DNA from: Cyanobium sp. WAJ14-Wanaka
GTDB lineage: Bacteria; Cyanobacteriota; Cyanobacteriia; PCC-6307; Cyanobiaceae
DNA: 32,000 bases
Reading direction: 5' to 3'
NCBI RefSeq assembly: GCF_024345375.1
Contig: NZ_JAGQAZ010000001.1
Span: forward strand, 870,661 to 902,660
Shown here: in pieces, positions 11,969 through 19,187 of the stretch
Numbering within the stretch: position 1 is the first letter of the stretch
How the letters are laid out: the number at the start of each line of letters is the position of its first letter
Program-made: the position numbers and the translations under genes
The notes under the pieces: model-generated
What the model saw: only the letters and a program-made list of their open reading frames with translations
Database searches by the model: none
What the model was told of the DNA's origin: nothing

Positions 11969-12922
11969 ATGGGTCAGGCCATTTGCGACGTTGATTTGCT
12001 GGCCTTTGAGCGGGGCAGCGAGCTGGCCCGGGCCGCGGTGGTGGATGGGGTGCGGCGCAGCCTGCAAACGGGCTTTGTGTACACCAGCAGTGATCTCTCG
12101 CCCGACCTACTCGACACGGCCTATGGCCTATTGGCTGAGTTTTTTGCCCTGGCTCCCGAGAGCAAGCAACGCTTCGTGGCGCCGGGCTCGGGCGGCCAGA
12201 CCGGCTACACCGGCCTGTTGGTTGAGACAGCTGAAGGCAGCAGCCATGCCGACTGGAAGGAAATGCTCAATTGGGGGCTGCCCCTCCCCGCCAACCACCC
12301 CCTCAGGCGCCGCTATCCCCTCCAATACCCCGAGCGGGTGCTTCCCGAGGAAGTGGTGCCAGGCATTAGCAGCGTGCTGGAGACCTTCCACAACGCCATT
12401 GCCGATCTTCAGCGCCGCTTTCTGCGGATCATTGCCCTGGGGCTGGGTTGCTCGGAAGACTTCTTTGAGGAAATGACCAGCGATGCCCCCACCCTCACCC
12501 GGGCAATCCGCTACCCCCCGATGGCCGATGCCCCGGCCGCCGGCCACGTCTGGGCGGAGGCCCATGGCGACATCAACCTGATCACGGCCCTGCCCCGGGC
12601 CACCGGTCCGGGCCTGCAGGTGCAGGTGGAGGGGCAGTGGCTGGATGCCCTGCCGCCAGAGGGGCGGGTGATCCTCAACACCGGAATCATGCTGGAGCGG
12701 CTCAGCAATGGCCTGATCCCCGTGGGTTGGCACCGGGTGGTGGCGCCGCCAGGCAGCCAGCGGGAGCGGCTGAGCGTGGTGCAGTTTTGCCATGCCAGGC
12801 CCACCACAAGCCTGGCCCCCTTGGCCTGCTGCTGCACTCCCGAAAATCCCCAGCGCTACGCTGGCATCAGCGCCGCCGACGCCCTCGAAGACGTGCTCTA
12901 CCGGATCAATTTGCTGGCTTAG
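11969..12922 (+). CDS. 2-oxoglutarate/Fe(II)-dependent oxygenase (isopenicillin-N-synthase-like family)
   Basis: The HxD...H facial triad is AHGDINLITAL ... GWHRVV, plus RLSVVQF (the RxS 2OG-binding motif). The start is 10 nt after the upstream kinase stop. Confidence 0.85.
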   Translation: MGQAICDVDLLAFERGSELARAAVVDGVRRSLQTGFVYTSSDLSPDLLDTAYGLLAEFFALAPESKQRFVAPGSGGQTGYTGLLVETAEGSSHADWKEMLNWGLPLPANHPLRRRYPLQYPERVLPEEVVPGISSVLETFHNAIADLQRRFLRIIALGLGCSEDFFEEMTSDAPTLTRAIRYPPMADAPAAGHVWAEAHGDINLITALPRATGPGLQVQVEGQWLDALPPEGRVILNTGIMLERLSNGLIPVGWHRVVAPPGSQRERLSVVQFCHARPTTSLAPLACCCTPENPQRYAGISAADALEDVLYRINLLA

Positions 12923-12946
12923 GCGCCAGCCAGCTAGCCAGGCGCC

Positions 12947-13225
12947 CTAGGCCAGGGGGGAGCCTGAATCGCGGCGCAGGGAAACCAACTCGGGGGCAAA
13001 CACAAAGGTGAGGGGCCCCAGGCACTCGGCATGGCCATCAAGGGCTTCCACCCCACCAGCCACGAAATCAATCAGGCGTTGGGCCTCGCCCACCTCCATG
13101 CCGCTGGCCTGGACCAGCACGGTTTTCTGCTCCCGCACGTTGTGGACAATCCACTCCGCCTCGGCAAAACGGGTGGGCCTGAACACCACCACCTCCGGTC
13201 GCCAATCGCCAAAAGCACTTTGCAT
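12947..13225 (-). CDS. Minimal SepF-domain (DUF552) protein
   Basis: The 92-aa sequence VVVFRPTRFAEAEWIVHNVREQKTVLVQASGMEVGEAQRLIDFVAGGVEALDGH...FVFAP matches the SepF C-terminal domain pattern. It lacks the long N-terminal part of canonical SepF. Confidence 0.7.
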   Translation of the reverse strand: MQSAFGDWRPEVVVFRPTRFAEAEWIVHNVREQKTVLVQASGMEVGEAQRLIDFVAGGVEALDGHAECLGPLTFVFAPELVSLRRDSGSPLA

Positions 13226-13233
13226 CGCTTGGC

Positions 13234-13671
13234 TCAGTGGCGGGGCCGATGGCGATTACAGCTGCCCACCAGTTGGCGGTCGGCCTCTGCCCGCCGACAG
13301 ACGCGGCGAAATGGGGCAAGACCAATGCCGTAGAGATCTTCAAAGGAATGGTTGGCAGAGATCACCGAAACCAATCCACAGCGATCGACCTGCTGTTGCA
13401 AGGTTTGCTGGGGTTGGTTGACGATGCTCTCAAACAGCTGACCCAGGCGCACGTGCTGCAGGGCCTGAAACGGGGTCTTGCCGCGGCAGTGGTCGAAGCA
13501 GAGATCAAGCCATTCGCCGTTTAGCCCCATCAGAAGGGCTACCGCTTCGAGCTCTATGGCTTCTTGAAAATGCTCCCCGAAATAGCCGATCACCCGATTT
13601 ACCACCGCCCACTGATCAGCCAGGGTTTCTGGCACCCGGCGGCATCTCCTGGACTCTGGGACCACCCGCAT
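13234..13671 (-). CDS. Stand-alone AraC-type helix-turn-helix protein
   Basis: The pattern is EHFQEAIELEAVALLMGLNGEWLDLCFDHCRGKTPFQALQHVRLGQLFESI...FEDLYGIGLAPFRR, i.e. two HTH units typical of AraC C-terminal domains. The start is set at MRVVPE; the track ORF extends to 13716. Confidence 0.55.
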   Translation of the reverse strand: MRVVPESRRCRRVPETLADQWAVVNRVIGYFGEHFQEAIELEAVALLMGLNGEWLDLCFDHCRGKTPFQALQHVRLGQLFESIVNQPQQTLQQQVDRCGLVSVISANHSFEDLYGIGLAPFRRVCRRAEADRQLVGSCNRHRPRH

Positions 13672-13763
13672 CAGATCTCCCCCAATCTCCCTATCACTAA
13701 GGAATAGCCCTGCCACGGGTGGAAAGCAATGATTCAGTGGTTGTTGTTAGTGAGCGTTGCCCC

Positions 13764-13964
13764 ATGTCAGCCCCTGAACACCGGCCCAGGCGCTTTGACC
13801 GCCGCCACCTGCTGCTTCTGATCTTTGCCCTGGCCTGCATTGGCGGCCTGGTGCTCTGGGTGGCCGAACTCGACCTGGTGCTGGATCAGACCCTCACTCC
13901 AGCTGCGCCTAACCAACCAGTGCAAAAGCAACCCGCGCCCAGCAAACCGGCTACTTCGCCCTAG
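13764..13964 (+). CDS. Small hypothetical single-TM protein with Pro/Gln-rich tail
   Basis: MSAPEHRPRRFDRRHLLLLIFALACIGGLVLWVAEL has a positive-inside N-terminus and one TM helix. I recognise no family. Its 3' end overlaps the convergent oxidoreductase gene by 4 nt. Confidence 0.35.
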   Translation: MSAPEHRPRRFDRRHLLLLIFALACIGGLVLWVAELDLVLDQTLTPAAPNQPVQKQPAPSKPATSP

Positions 13965-15199
13965 TGCCGCTGCAGCTGGTTGACCAGCAGCGCCGCCAAC
14001 TCCTCGCCCCGGCGCCAGGCCCCTTCGATCCGGCCAAAGCCCACCCCGGCCAGGTAGTCGCCGCAGAAGCCCACGCGGCTCTGGCGGCAGAACATCAATT
14101 CGGTGGGCAAGCCGGGCGCCACGGGGAAGGCCGCCGCCCAGCGCATCAACTGCCGTTCGCTGGCCCCCAGGGTTTCAAGCCGGCTCTGCCAGCCAGCGGC
14201 ATCCCCCAGCCAGGGGGCCAGCATCTGCACCAGGGCCGAGGTGAGGGCAGAGATCACCGTTTCCTCCCTACCCCCATCGGGGGGTAGCTGGAGCATGGTG
14301 GCCACGGCGGAATGGCTGCCGTAGACATCGAGATGGTCGGCGGCGAAAACGTCGCTGGAGTGCACCACCACCCCACAGCGACCATCGGCCAGGGGTTGGA
14401 TCGAAACCCGCCGGATGCCCCAGCGCTGCTGGGCAGGGCCATCACAGTGCAGCAAGCCAAAAGGCAGGTCGAGCCAGGCATGGGCCCAGCCCTCGGGGAT
14501 CACCAGCAGCAGGTTGCTGCGGGCCTCTACGCGAATGCCGGCAATGGTGGTAAGGGCATGGTCGAGTTGGAGGTCGCCAAGGCTCGCCGCGGCCGTTTTT
14601 AGGGGCGCTTCCGGCCAGCCAAAGAGCAATTGGCTGCGGGGATGGGCAAGCAGGGTGCTGCTCAACACCAGCCAATCGGCCTCAACCAGCAGCTCCCGAC
14701 CTACGCCCAGCAGGCGCCAGGGCCCACCGCGCGGGCGCTGCAGATGCCGCACAAAGCTGCCGAAATGCTGCTCAACCTCGGGGCCGGCGAGCTGCAACAG
14801 CCCCTTGCCCAGCTGGTGCATGCCGCCCTTCCCCACCCAAAGCCCGCCCAGGCCATAGGCATCAGCCAGGTCCAGCCGCAGCTGGGCCTCGCCCTCTAGC
14901 CGTGCCGCCCGGCCAGCCCAGGGCTCCAGCCAGCCCCCCTCCAGGAGGGGAGCCAAAAGCTGCGGATCGGGCGCACCGCTGAGGTTGAGCAGGGGCGCCC
15001 CATGGTCGAGGCGAAAGCCCCCATCGAGGCGGGAGAAGCGGGTGCTGGCCCTGCCGCCCGGGCCCCTACCCGTTTCCCAGAGACTGATCGGTGACTGCAC
15101 CCCCAGGCGACGCAGCTGGGCCACCAGGGCGCAACCGGCCACACCAGCACCGATGACGGCGATGGACTGGGAGGTCGAAGGTCTAGCCGTTGGAGCCAT
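13961..15199 (-). CDS. FAD/NAD(P)-dependent oxidoreductase (amine-oxidase/renalase-like fold)
   Basis: The N-terminal dinucleotide-binding motif is IAVIGAGVAGCALVAQL. The protein is 412 aa, with a C-terminal GDYLAGVGFGRIEGAWRRG segment typical of this family. Confidence 0.82.
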   Translation of the reverse strand: MAPTARPSTSQSIAVIGAGVAGCALVAQLRRLGVQSPISLWETGRGPGGRASTRFSRLDGGFRLDHGAPLLNLSGAPDPQLLAPLLEGGWLEPWAGRAARLEGEAQLRLDLADAYGLGGLWVGKGGMHQLGKGLLQLAGPEVEQHFGSFVRHLQRPRGGPWRLLGVGRELLVEADWLVLSSTLLAHPRSQLLFGWPEAPLKTAAASLGDLQLDHALTTIAGIRVEARSNLLLVIPEGWAHAWLDLPFGLLHCDGPAQQRWGIRRVSIQPLADGRCGVVVHSSDVFAADHLDVYGSHSAVATMLQLPPDGGREETVISALTSALVQMLAPWLGDAAGWQSRLETLGASERQLMRWAAAFPVAPGLPTELMFCRQSRVGFCGDYLAGVGFGRIEGAWRRGEELAALLVNQLQRH

Positions 15200-15288
15200 T
15201 GTTGCCAGGATGCCAACGGCAGGGCCAAAACGGCAAAACTGACCCGTGTCCTGATCCGAAGACGCAGGCCACCAGTGGCAAATTCGGG

Positions 15289-15354
15289 GCTTAAGAATGT
15301 CTTAAGCTGAAAGTGTTAAGGCCAGACGGTCGGTCGCTAAGCAATTTGCTAAGC
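15289..15354. promoter_or_regulatory. Array of phased TTAAG/CTAAGC boxes in a 430-bp intergenic region
   Basis: GCTTAAG (15289) and CTTAAGC (15301) form a perfect 7-bp inverted repeat with a 5-nt spacer. GTTAAGG lies at 15314. GCTAAGC occurs twice (15336 and 15348). Both pairs have 12-nt centre spacing. Confidence 0.3.
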
Positions 15355-15407
15355 CGCCTGCCGTTCACCCAAGACCCAAGGCGTCCAGTCTTTAGGAGCA
15401 AACCTCA

Positions 15408-15566
15408 GTGAACGAAAACCATCCCGTTTTCATGTCGCTTTCCGCCCAGCTCAGGGCCATGCGGAGCGCCTACGCCGAGCAGCCCAACGAAGTGACCCGC
15501 TACCAGGTGGTGCGCATCGAGACCCTGATCCGGCAGTGGGCACCCGAAAGCGCAATCGCTAGCTAG
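15408..15566 (+). CDS. Candidate small protein (52 aa from GTG; 44 aa from ATG at 15432)
   Basis: AGGAG at 15394-15398 lies 9 nt before the GTG. The translation is VNENHPVFMSLSAQLRAMRSAYAEQPNEVTRYQVVRIETLIRQWAPESAIAS. It is below the 60-aa cutoff of the ORF track and I recognise no family. Confidence 0.3.
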   Translation: MNENHPVFMSLSAQLRAMRSAYAEQPNEVTRYQVVRIETLIRQWAPESAIAS

Positions 15567-15632
15567 GAGCTAGGCGAACTCCACGAACAGGCCAAAGATC
15601 TTCGAGAATCGGCTTCCACCTGTGGCTGCCCA

Positions 15633-16343
15633 TTGGTCTCCCTGGCCCTGCTCACCCCATCCCTGATTACCAAGTCTTCGCTGTTTGGCATCGTCATTGC
15701 CTTCAGCCCCCTCCACATTGGGGTGGTGAGCCTCCTATTGCTGGGCCGCTCGCCGGTGCAACGGGCCCTCACCTATGTGGCCGGCTGGGCTGCGGCCAAT
15801 GCCCTGGCCATCACTGTCTTGATGGTCATCGGTGAGGCCTTCTCGATCAGCCTTAGCCATGGCGAAAGGGAGCAGGTATTGATCGACCTGCTCGGTGCTG
15901 GTGCCCTAATTGGCCTGGGGCTCTACCAGCTGACGCCCCAGGCAAACCTGGGGGAAGAGGGCATGGCCCTCAAGTTGATGAACCAACTGCCCGACTTCAG
16001 CAGCCTGGCCCTGGTGGGCGTGGGTGCGGCAAGCGCCCTGCTCACCCCAGAAAATTTGGTTTTCTACCTAAAAGAAGCGGGACTGCTGCTGCTCAATGAA
16101 CCGGGCCTAACCGCTGATGCCGAGGTGACCGGCATCTTCACCTTGGTGGCCAGCTCCCTGCTGCTGTTGCCCCCCCTGGCCTGGCTGGTGAGTGGCGGGG
16201 CGATTCGCGAACCCCTCGCCAAATTGGAAAACTGGCTCCAGCACAAGGCCGAATGGCTGGTGGGCGTGCTGGCTCTTTTCCTTGGCGCCTACCTGCTCTA
16301 CGAGGGCCTGCATGGCCTCAACCAGATGGGTGCGCTGGCTTAA
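15633..16343 (+). CDS. Polytopic membrane protein, GAP/Sap (DUF2910)-like
   Basis: About six hydrophobic segments are present. The N-terminal FGIVIAFSPLHIGVVSLLLLGRSP...GWAAANALAI resembles the GAP-family opening. The start is TTG and no upstream ATG is available. Confidence 0.6.
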   Translation: MVSLALLTPSLITKSSLFGIVIAFSPLHIGVVSLLLLGRSPVQRALTYVAGWAAANALAITVLMVIGEAFSISLSHGEREQVLIDLLGAGALIGLGLYQLTPQANLGEEGMALKLMNQLPDFSSLALVGVGAASALLTPENLVFYLKEAGLLLLNEPGLTADAEVTGIFTLVASSLLLLPPLAWLVSGGAIREPLAKLENWLQHKAEWLVGVLALFLGAYLLYEGLHGLNQMGALA

Positions 16344-16413
16344 AGATGCTGATCGGATGCAGGATTAATCGGGTGGTTTGGAACTACTTTGAGACGGAGG
16401 GCAGAAGCCGGTT

Positions 16414-16731
16414 ATGAACCCAGTCGATTTAAGAACCTCAATCAGCCGCGACCAGGTCGTTGCGCTGCTAACGCAGCACTTACCGGAATGGCGCAGGCTT
16501 TATGGCATCCAGGAGCTTGCCCTGTTCGGCTCCATGGCCCGCAATCAAGCTTCTGAAAACAGTGATGTGGACCTGTGCGTGAGCCTGGATCCCCCCAATC
16601 CCTTCGCACTGGTTCACTTTCAGCAGGCCGTACAGCAGCAGCTAGGCAGGCGCGTGGATGTTGTGACTCGCTGGCCCGGCATGAATCCGGCCCTGATGAA
16701 TGAGATCCAGCAAGATGCGATTTCCATCTGA
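16414..16731 (+). CDS. mntA: MNT-type nucleotidyltransferase antitoxin (type VII/II HEPN-MNT module)
   Basis: The minimal nucleotidyltransferase signature is LFGSMARNQASENSDVDLCV (GSxxR...DxD). The protein is 105 aa. Confidence 0.9.
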   Translation: MNPVDLRTSISRDQVVALLTQHLPEWRRLYGIQELALFGSMARNQASENSDVDLCVSLDPPNPFALVHFQQAVQQQLGRRVDVVTRWPGMNPALMNEIQQDAISI

Positions 16732-17110
16732 ACAAGAGGAGCGGCTTGCGGTATCCGTCATCTCTCAGATGCTCAGCCTGATTGAGTCAGTCTTGAAGCG
16801 CATGAAGACCGTTTATTCTGCGACTGATCTCTCCAAAACAGAAGCAGGCCGTTTGCTTCTGGATGCGGTCTGCATGCAGTATCTAGCTCTTGGTGAAGCA
16901 GTCAAACAGCTCGATAAACTCACTGGCTTTACATTGCAAGAGCAAGTCCCGGAGCAAGACGGGAAAGGAATGATGGGCTTTCGGGATGTACTGGCCCATC
17001 AGTATTTCAATATTGATCCCCGCCAGGTTCTTTGGATCACACAAGAGGCGTTGCCTTCTCTTCTCCAGAACCTCAAACAGATCAAGGCTTCCTGTGAAGC
17101 TTCTGGATAG
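16715..17110 (+). CDS. hepT: HepT (DUF86/HEPN) ribonuclease toxin
   Basis: The HEPN Rx4HxY motif is FRDVLAHQYFNID. It overlaps the mntA 3' end; an alternative ATG lies at 16700. Confidence 0.9.
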   Translation: MRFPSEQEERLAVSVISQMLSLIESVLKRMKTVYSATDLSKTEAGRLLLDAVCMQYLALGEAVKQLDKLTGFTLQEQVPEQDGKGMMGFRDVLAHQYFNIDPRQVLWITQEALPSLLQNLKQIKASCEASG

Positions 17111-17169
17111 TGGCTAGTAGCTAATTGATGATGACTGCGAGCTCCTGCAACGAGGTCTCGGGGGTAATT

Positions 17170-17520
17170 TCAGCCATTCATCACAAGCTGCTTAGCGCTC
17201 TGCCTGGGGCGTTGTCTTTGTCGGAAGAATTGCTGTTGATCGTCTTCCGGTAAAGCGGCCAGCTCAAGCTCCAAGAGCTTGCGGAGATTCCAAACCGTGG
17301 GATTGCGATTGTTAAAACTGAACAGCCGCATGTTGCCCAGCCGGCGGCTCAGCAAGACGCCTTGCTCCTCCAGTCGCTTCAACTGACGCTGGGTCATGTT
17401 GAGGCCAAAGCCAAAGGTCTTGGCGATGCGCTGGGCATGGCCCTCGCCGTAGCACTGCAAAAACAGCAGCACGCATGCCGCGGTCTTGTTGCCAAATAAA
17501 GCTTCCAAGACAGGGTTCAT
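17170..17520 (-). CDS. Small winged-helix (ArsR/MarR-like) DNA-binding protein, orphan
   Basis: The wHTH pattern is LLFLQCYGEGHAQRIAKTFGFGLNMTQRQLKRLEEQGVLLSRRLGNMRLFSFN. The start is set at MNPVLEA; the track ORF begins 30 nt upstream. Confidence 0.65.
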   Translation of the reverse strand: MNPVLEALFGNKTAACVLLFLQCYGEGHAQRIAKTFGFGLNMTQRQLKRLEEQGVLLSRRLGNMRLFSFNNRNPTVWNLRKLLELELAALPEDDQQQFFRQRQRPRQSAKQLVMNG

Positions 17521-17615
17521 CGAACAAGCCCGCCGCTGAGCAACCCCCAATAGGGGTTAACTGATAGCCATTTTGAGTGGGCCTTCGCTGGGGAGAAAGG
17601 CCCTCGCGAGCCCTT

Positions 17616-17639
17616 TAGACTAGTCATCTAACTAGTCTG
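17616..17639. promoter_or_regulatory. Perfect 9-bp inverted repeat TAGACTAGT-n6-ACTAGTCTA, candidate operator of the phd/vapC module
   Basis: Read directly. It ends 13 nt before the antitoxin ATG (17653). Type II antitoxins commonly autoregulate through palindromes at this position. Confidence 0.45.
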
Positions 17640-17652
17640 ATGCAAACAAATC

Positions 17653-17907
17653 ATGACCATCTGGCCTGTGCAGCACGCAAAGGCGCGCTTCAGTGAGTTG
17701 CTCGACGCCTGTCAGAGGGAAGGCCCCCAGGTGGTGTCGCGGCGCGGCACCGAAGCCGCGGTACTCGTGCCAATCGAGCAGTGGCATCGCCTACAGGCTG
17801 CCGCCAGGCCCAGCCTCAAGCAGCTGTTACTGGCACCTAATGCCCGTATCGAAGAGCTTGTGCCACCCCGCGGTGGTGCCCGCCGTCGGGCTGTGGTGGA
17901 GCTGTAG
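17653..17907 (+). CDS. Phd/YefM-family antitoxin (VapB-type partner of the PIN toxin)
   Basis: MTIWPVQHAKARFSELLDACQREGPQVVSRRGTEAAVLVPIEQW is the classic Phd/YefM N-terminal fold pattern. It ends 3 nt before the PIN gene. Confidence 0.88.
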   Translation: MTIWPVQHAKARFSELLDACQREGPQVVSRRGTEAAVLVPIEQWHRLQAAARPSLKQLLLAPNARIEELVPPRGGARRRAVVEL

Positions 17908-17910
17908 GCC

Positions 17911-18324
17911 ATGGCCTTTTTGCTCGACACCAACGTGGTGTCTGAACTACGCAAGCGAAGCCCCCATGGCGGCGTGCTCGCCTGGATTCAAAATGTTGAT
18001 GATGCCGATCTGTATCTCGCCAGCGTGACCATCGGCGAAATCCAGGCCGGAATCGAAATCACCCGAGAACAGGACCCTGCCAAAGCAGGCGAGATTGAAG
18101 ACTGGCTTGAGCAGGTCTGCACCACCTTCAACATCCTCAACATGGATGGCCCTGCATTTCGCCGGTGGGCACAGCTGATGCACCGCCAGTCCGAAACCCT
18201 CTACGAGGACGCGATGATCGCCGCCATCGCCAAGGTGCATCAGCTCACGGTGGTTACCCGCAACGTGGCCGATTTCAGCCGTTTAGATGTTCCCCTGCTG
18301 AACCCATTCACTGGGGGCGGCTAG
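17911..18324 (+). CDS. vapC: VapC/FitB-like PIN-domain toxin
   Basis: MAFLLDTNVVSELRK carries the first acidic residue. Further on are SVTIGEIQAGIE and VVTRNVADFSRLDVPLLNPF. Confidence 0.92.
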   Translation: MAFLLDTNVVSELRKRSPHGGVLAWIQNVDDADLYLASVTIGEIQAGIEITREQDPAKAGEIEDWLEQVCTTFNILNMDGPAFRRWAQLMHRQSETLYEDAMIAAIAKVHQLTVVTRNVADFSRLDVPLLNPFTGGG

Positions 18325-18490
18325 CCGAGCTAACAGGGGCGACTGAATTAACTACAGACCAACCAACCACTCCCCATTGATCTAGGCGGTTATCTGCATC
18401 CTATTAAGGCCCAGCCAAAGGCAGCAAATTGGCGCTGTTCAGGGGAAGCCCCTAAGGCCAACTTGAATTCATCTCACCGAGGCAAATCCC

Positions 18491-18568
18491 ATGACTACCA
18501 ACATCTGTTGCTGCACCGTTTGTGGTTGCGGCTGTGGCAAGGCCGGCTGCACCTGCGGCAAGGCTTAG
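18491..18568 (+). CDS. Candidate cysteine-rich micro-protein, metallothionein-like (25 aa, 8 Cys)
   Basis: The sequence from ATG to TAG reads MTTNICCCTVCGCGCGKAGCTCGKA. GAGG at 18479-18482 lies 8 nt upstream of the ATG. It is hidden in an alternative frame of the 88-aa TTG-start track ORF. Confidence 0.35.
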   Translation: MTTNICCCTVCGCGCGKAGCTCGKA

Positions 18569-18615
18569 CTCACACTCCGCCCAACGCCGCACCACGGCGG
18601 AAGGCGGCTAAAGAG

Positions 18616-18729
18616 GTCACAAATTGGGCGTCGGTGCGGGATTTCAAGGCCCACCTATGCGAATGGCTCGGCCGCGTGCAGGCCGGTGAGGAGGTGGAAG
18701 TCACCTCCCATCGCAAACCGAGCGATTGA
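18616..18729 (+). pseudogene. Truncated Phd/YefM-type antitoxin remnant
   Basis: VTNWASVRDFKAHLCEWLGRVQAGEEVEVTSHRKPSD* matches the N-terminal 35 or so residues of Phd-type antitoxins (xVRDFKAHLSEYLRRVxAGEExxxTxHGKP). It has no ATG, terminates prematurely, and has no toxin gene downstream. Confidence 0.5.
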
Positions 18730-18802
18730 TGCAGGTCTGAGCTGGTCGTCAGCGCAGCGGCACGGCCCGCCAGAATCAGCACACCACGTCGGTTCACGCC
18801 AG

Positions 18803-19027
18803 ATGTCTGATCACAGCCCCCGCGAAATGATCCGGGCCCACGCCTATCCCGTTCTGGCTGCCGTCAGCACGGTGGCATTGGTCGTGATTGCTGCATCCCT
18901 GGCCCCTATATCCCAACAGGCGAAATACCAAAACCGTTGCGTAGAAGAGATGCTGCGCCAAGTCGGGACCAAAGCACCAGCGATTGTGCATGCGATCGCG
19001 GTCAATAGGTGCAGCGGTGGCTCGTAG
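18803..19027 (+). CDS. Small single-TM protein of unknown function (gene A)
   Basis: MSDHSPREMIRAHAYPVLAAVSTVALVVIAASLAPISQQAKYQNRCVEEMLRQVGTKAPAIVHAIAVNRCSGGS has one TM helix and a 2-Cys C-terminal domain. The C-terminal 41 codons are duplicated at 20169-20294. Confidence 0.5.
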   Translation: MSDHSPREMIRAHAYPVLAAVSTVALVVIAASLAPISQQAKYQNRCVEEMLRQVGTKAPAIVHAIAVNRCSGGS

Positions 19028-19036
19028 CGCTCAGCG
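18901..19036 (+). repeat. Direct repeat, copy 1 (136 nt)
   Basis: Aligned by eye to 20168-20303: 126 of 136 identical with no gaps. Weaker similarity continues to about 19123. Confidence 0.88.
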
Positions 19037-19123
19037 CCTCCACAAACGTGTATAGCCCCTGGCGCTGTACCAGCCCAAGGGGCAGCTGTTGCCGCCCTTA
19101 CTGGGAGGGCAATAGCTGGCGGA
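19031..19123 (-). pseudogene. 3' remnant of a paralogue of the C-x10-C repeat protein (gene B')
   Basis: The minus-strand reading is SASYCPPSKGGNSCPLGWYSARGYTRLWRR*. It matches the repeat units of the 20298-20645 protein but lacks the 5' part, with an in-frame stop at 19124-19126. The terminal Cys is lost. Confidence 0.5.
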
Positions 19124-19187
19124 TCAGGTAATCGAGCACTCCTTACGCACCACCAAGCCAGCTATGTGCTCAAGGATCTTTTGGATC

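Noticed and set aside
11562-12476. 304-aa plus-strand ORF spanning the kinase 3' end and the oxygenase 5' end
   Set aside because: It is off-frame relative to two well-supported genes. Its Arg/Pro/Gly/Ala-rich composition does not look protein-like.
15408-16343. The small ORF and the GAP-family membrane gene are in the same frame, separated by a single TAG (15564-15566); possible read-through or a split gene
   Set aside because: Same-frame placement has a 1-in-3 chance expectation. GAP-family proteins normally begin directly with the first TM segment. The 22-codon linker (ELGELHEQAKDLRESASTCGCP) has no evident function. The point is kept only as a note.
18463-18729. 88-aa TTG-start ORF taken as a single gene
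   Set aside because: Only its last 38 or so residues look like a real protein (the Phd-like fragment). Its N-terminal part (LLLHRLWLRLWQGRLHLRQ) is the off-frame reading of the Cys-rich micro-ORF. I treated it as a chimera of two elements.
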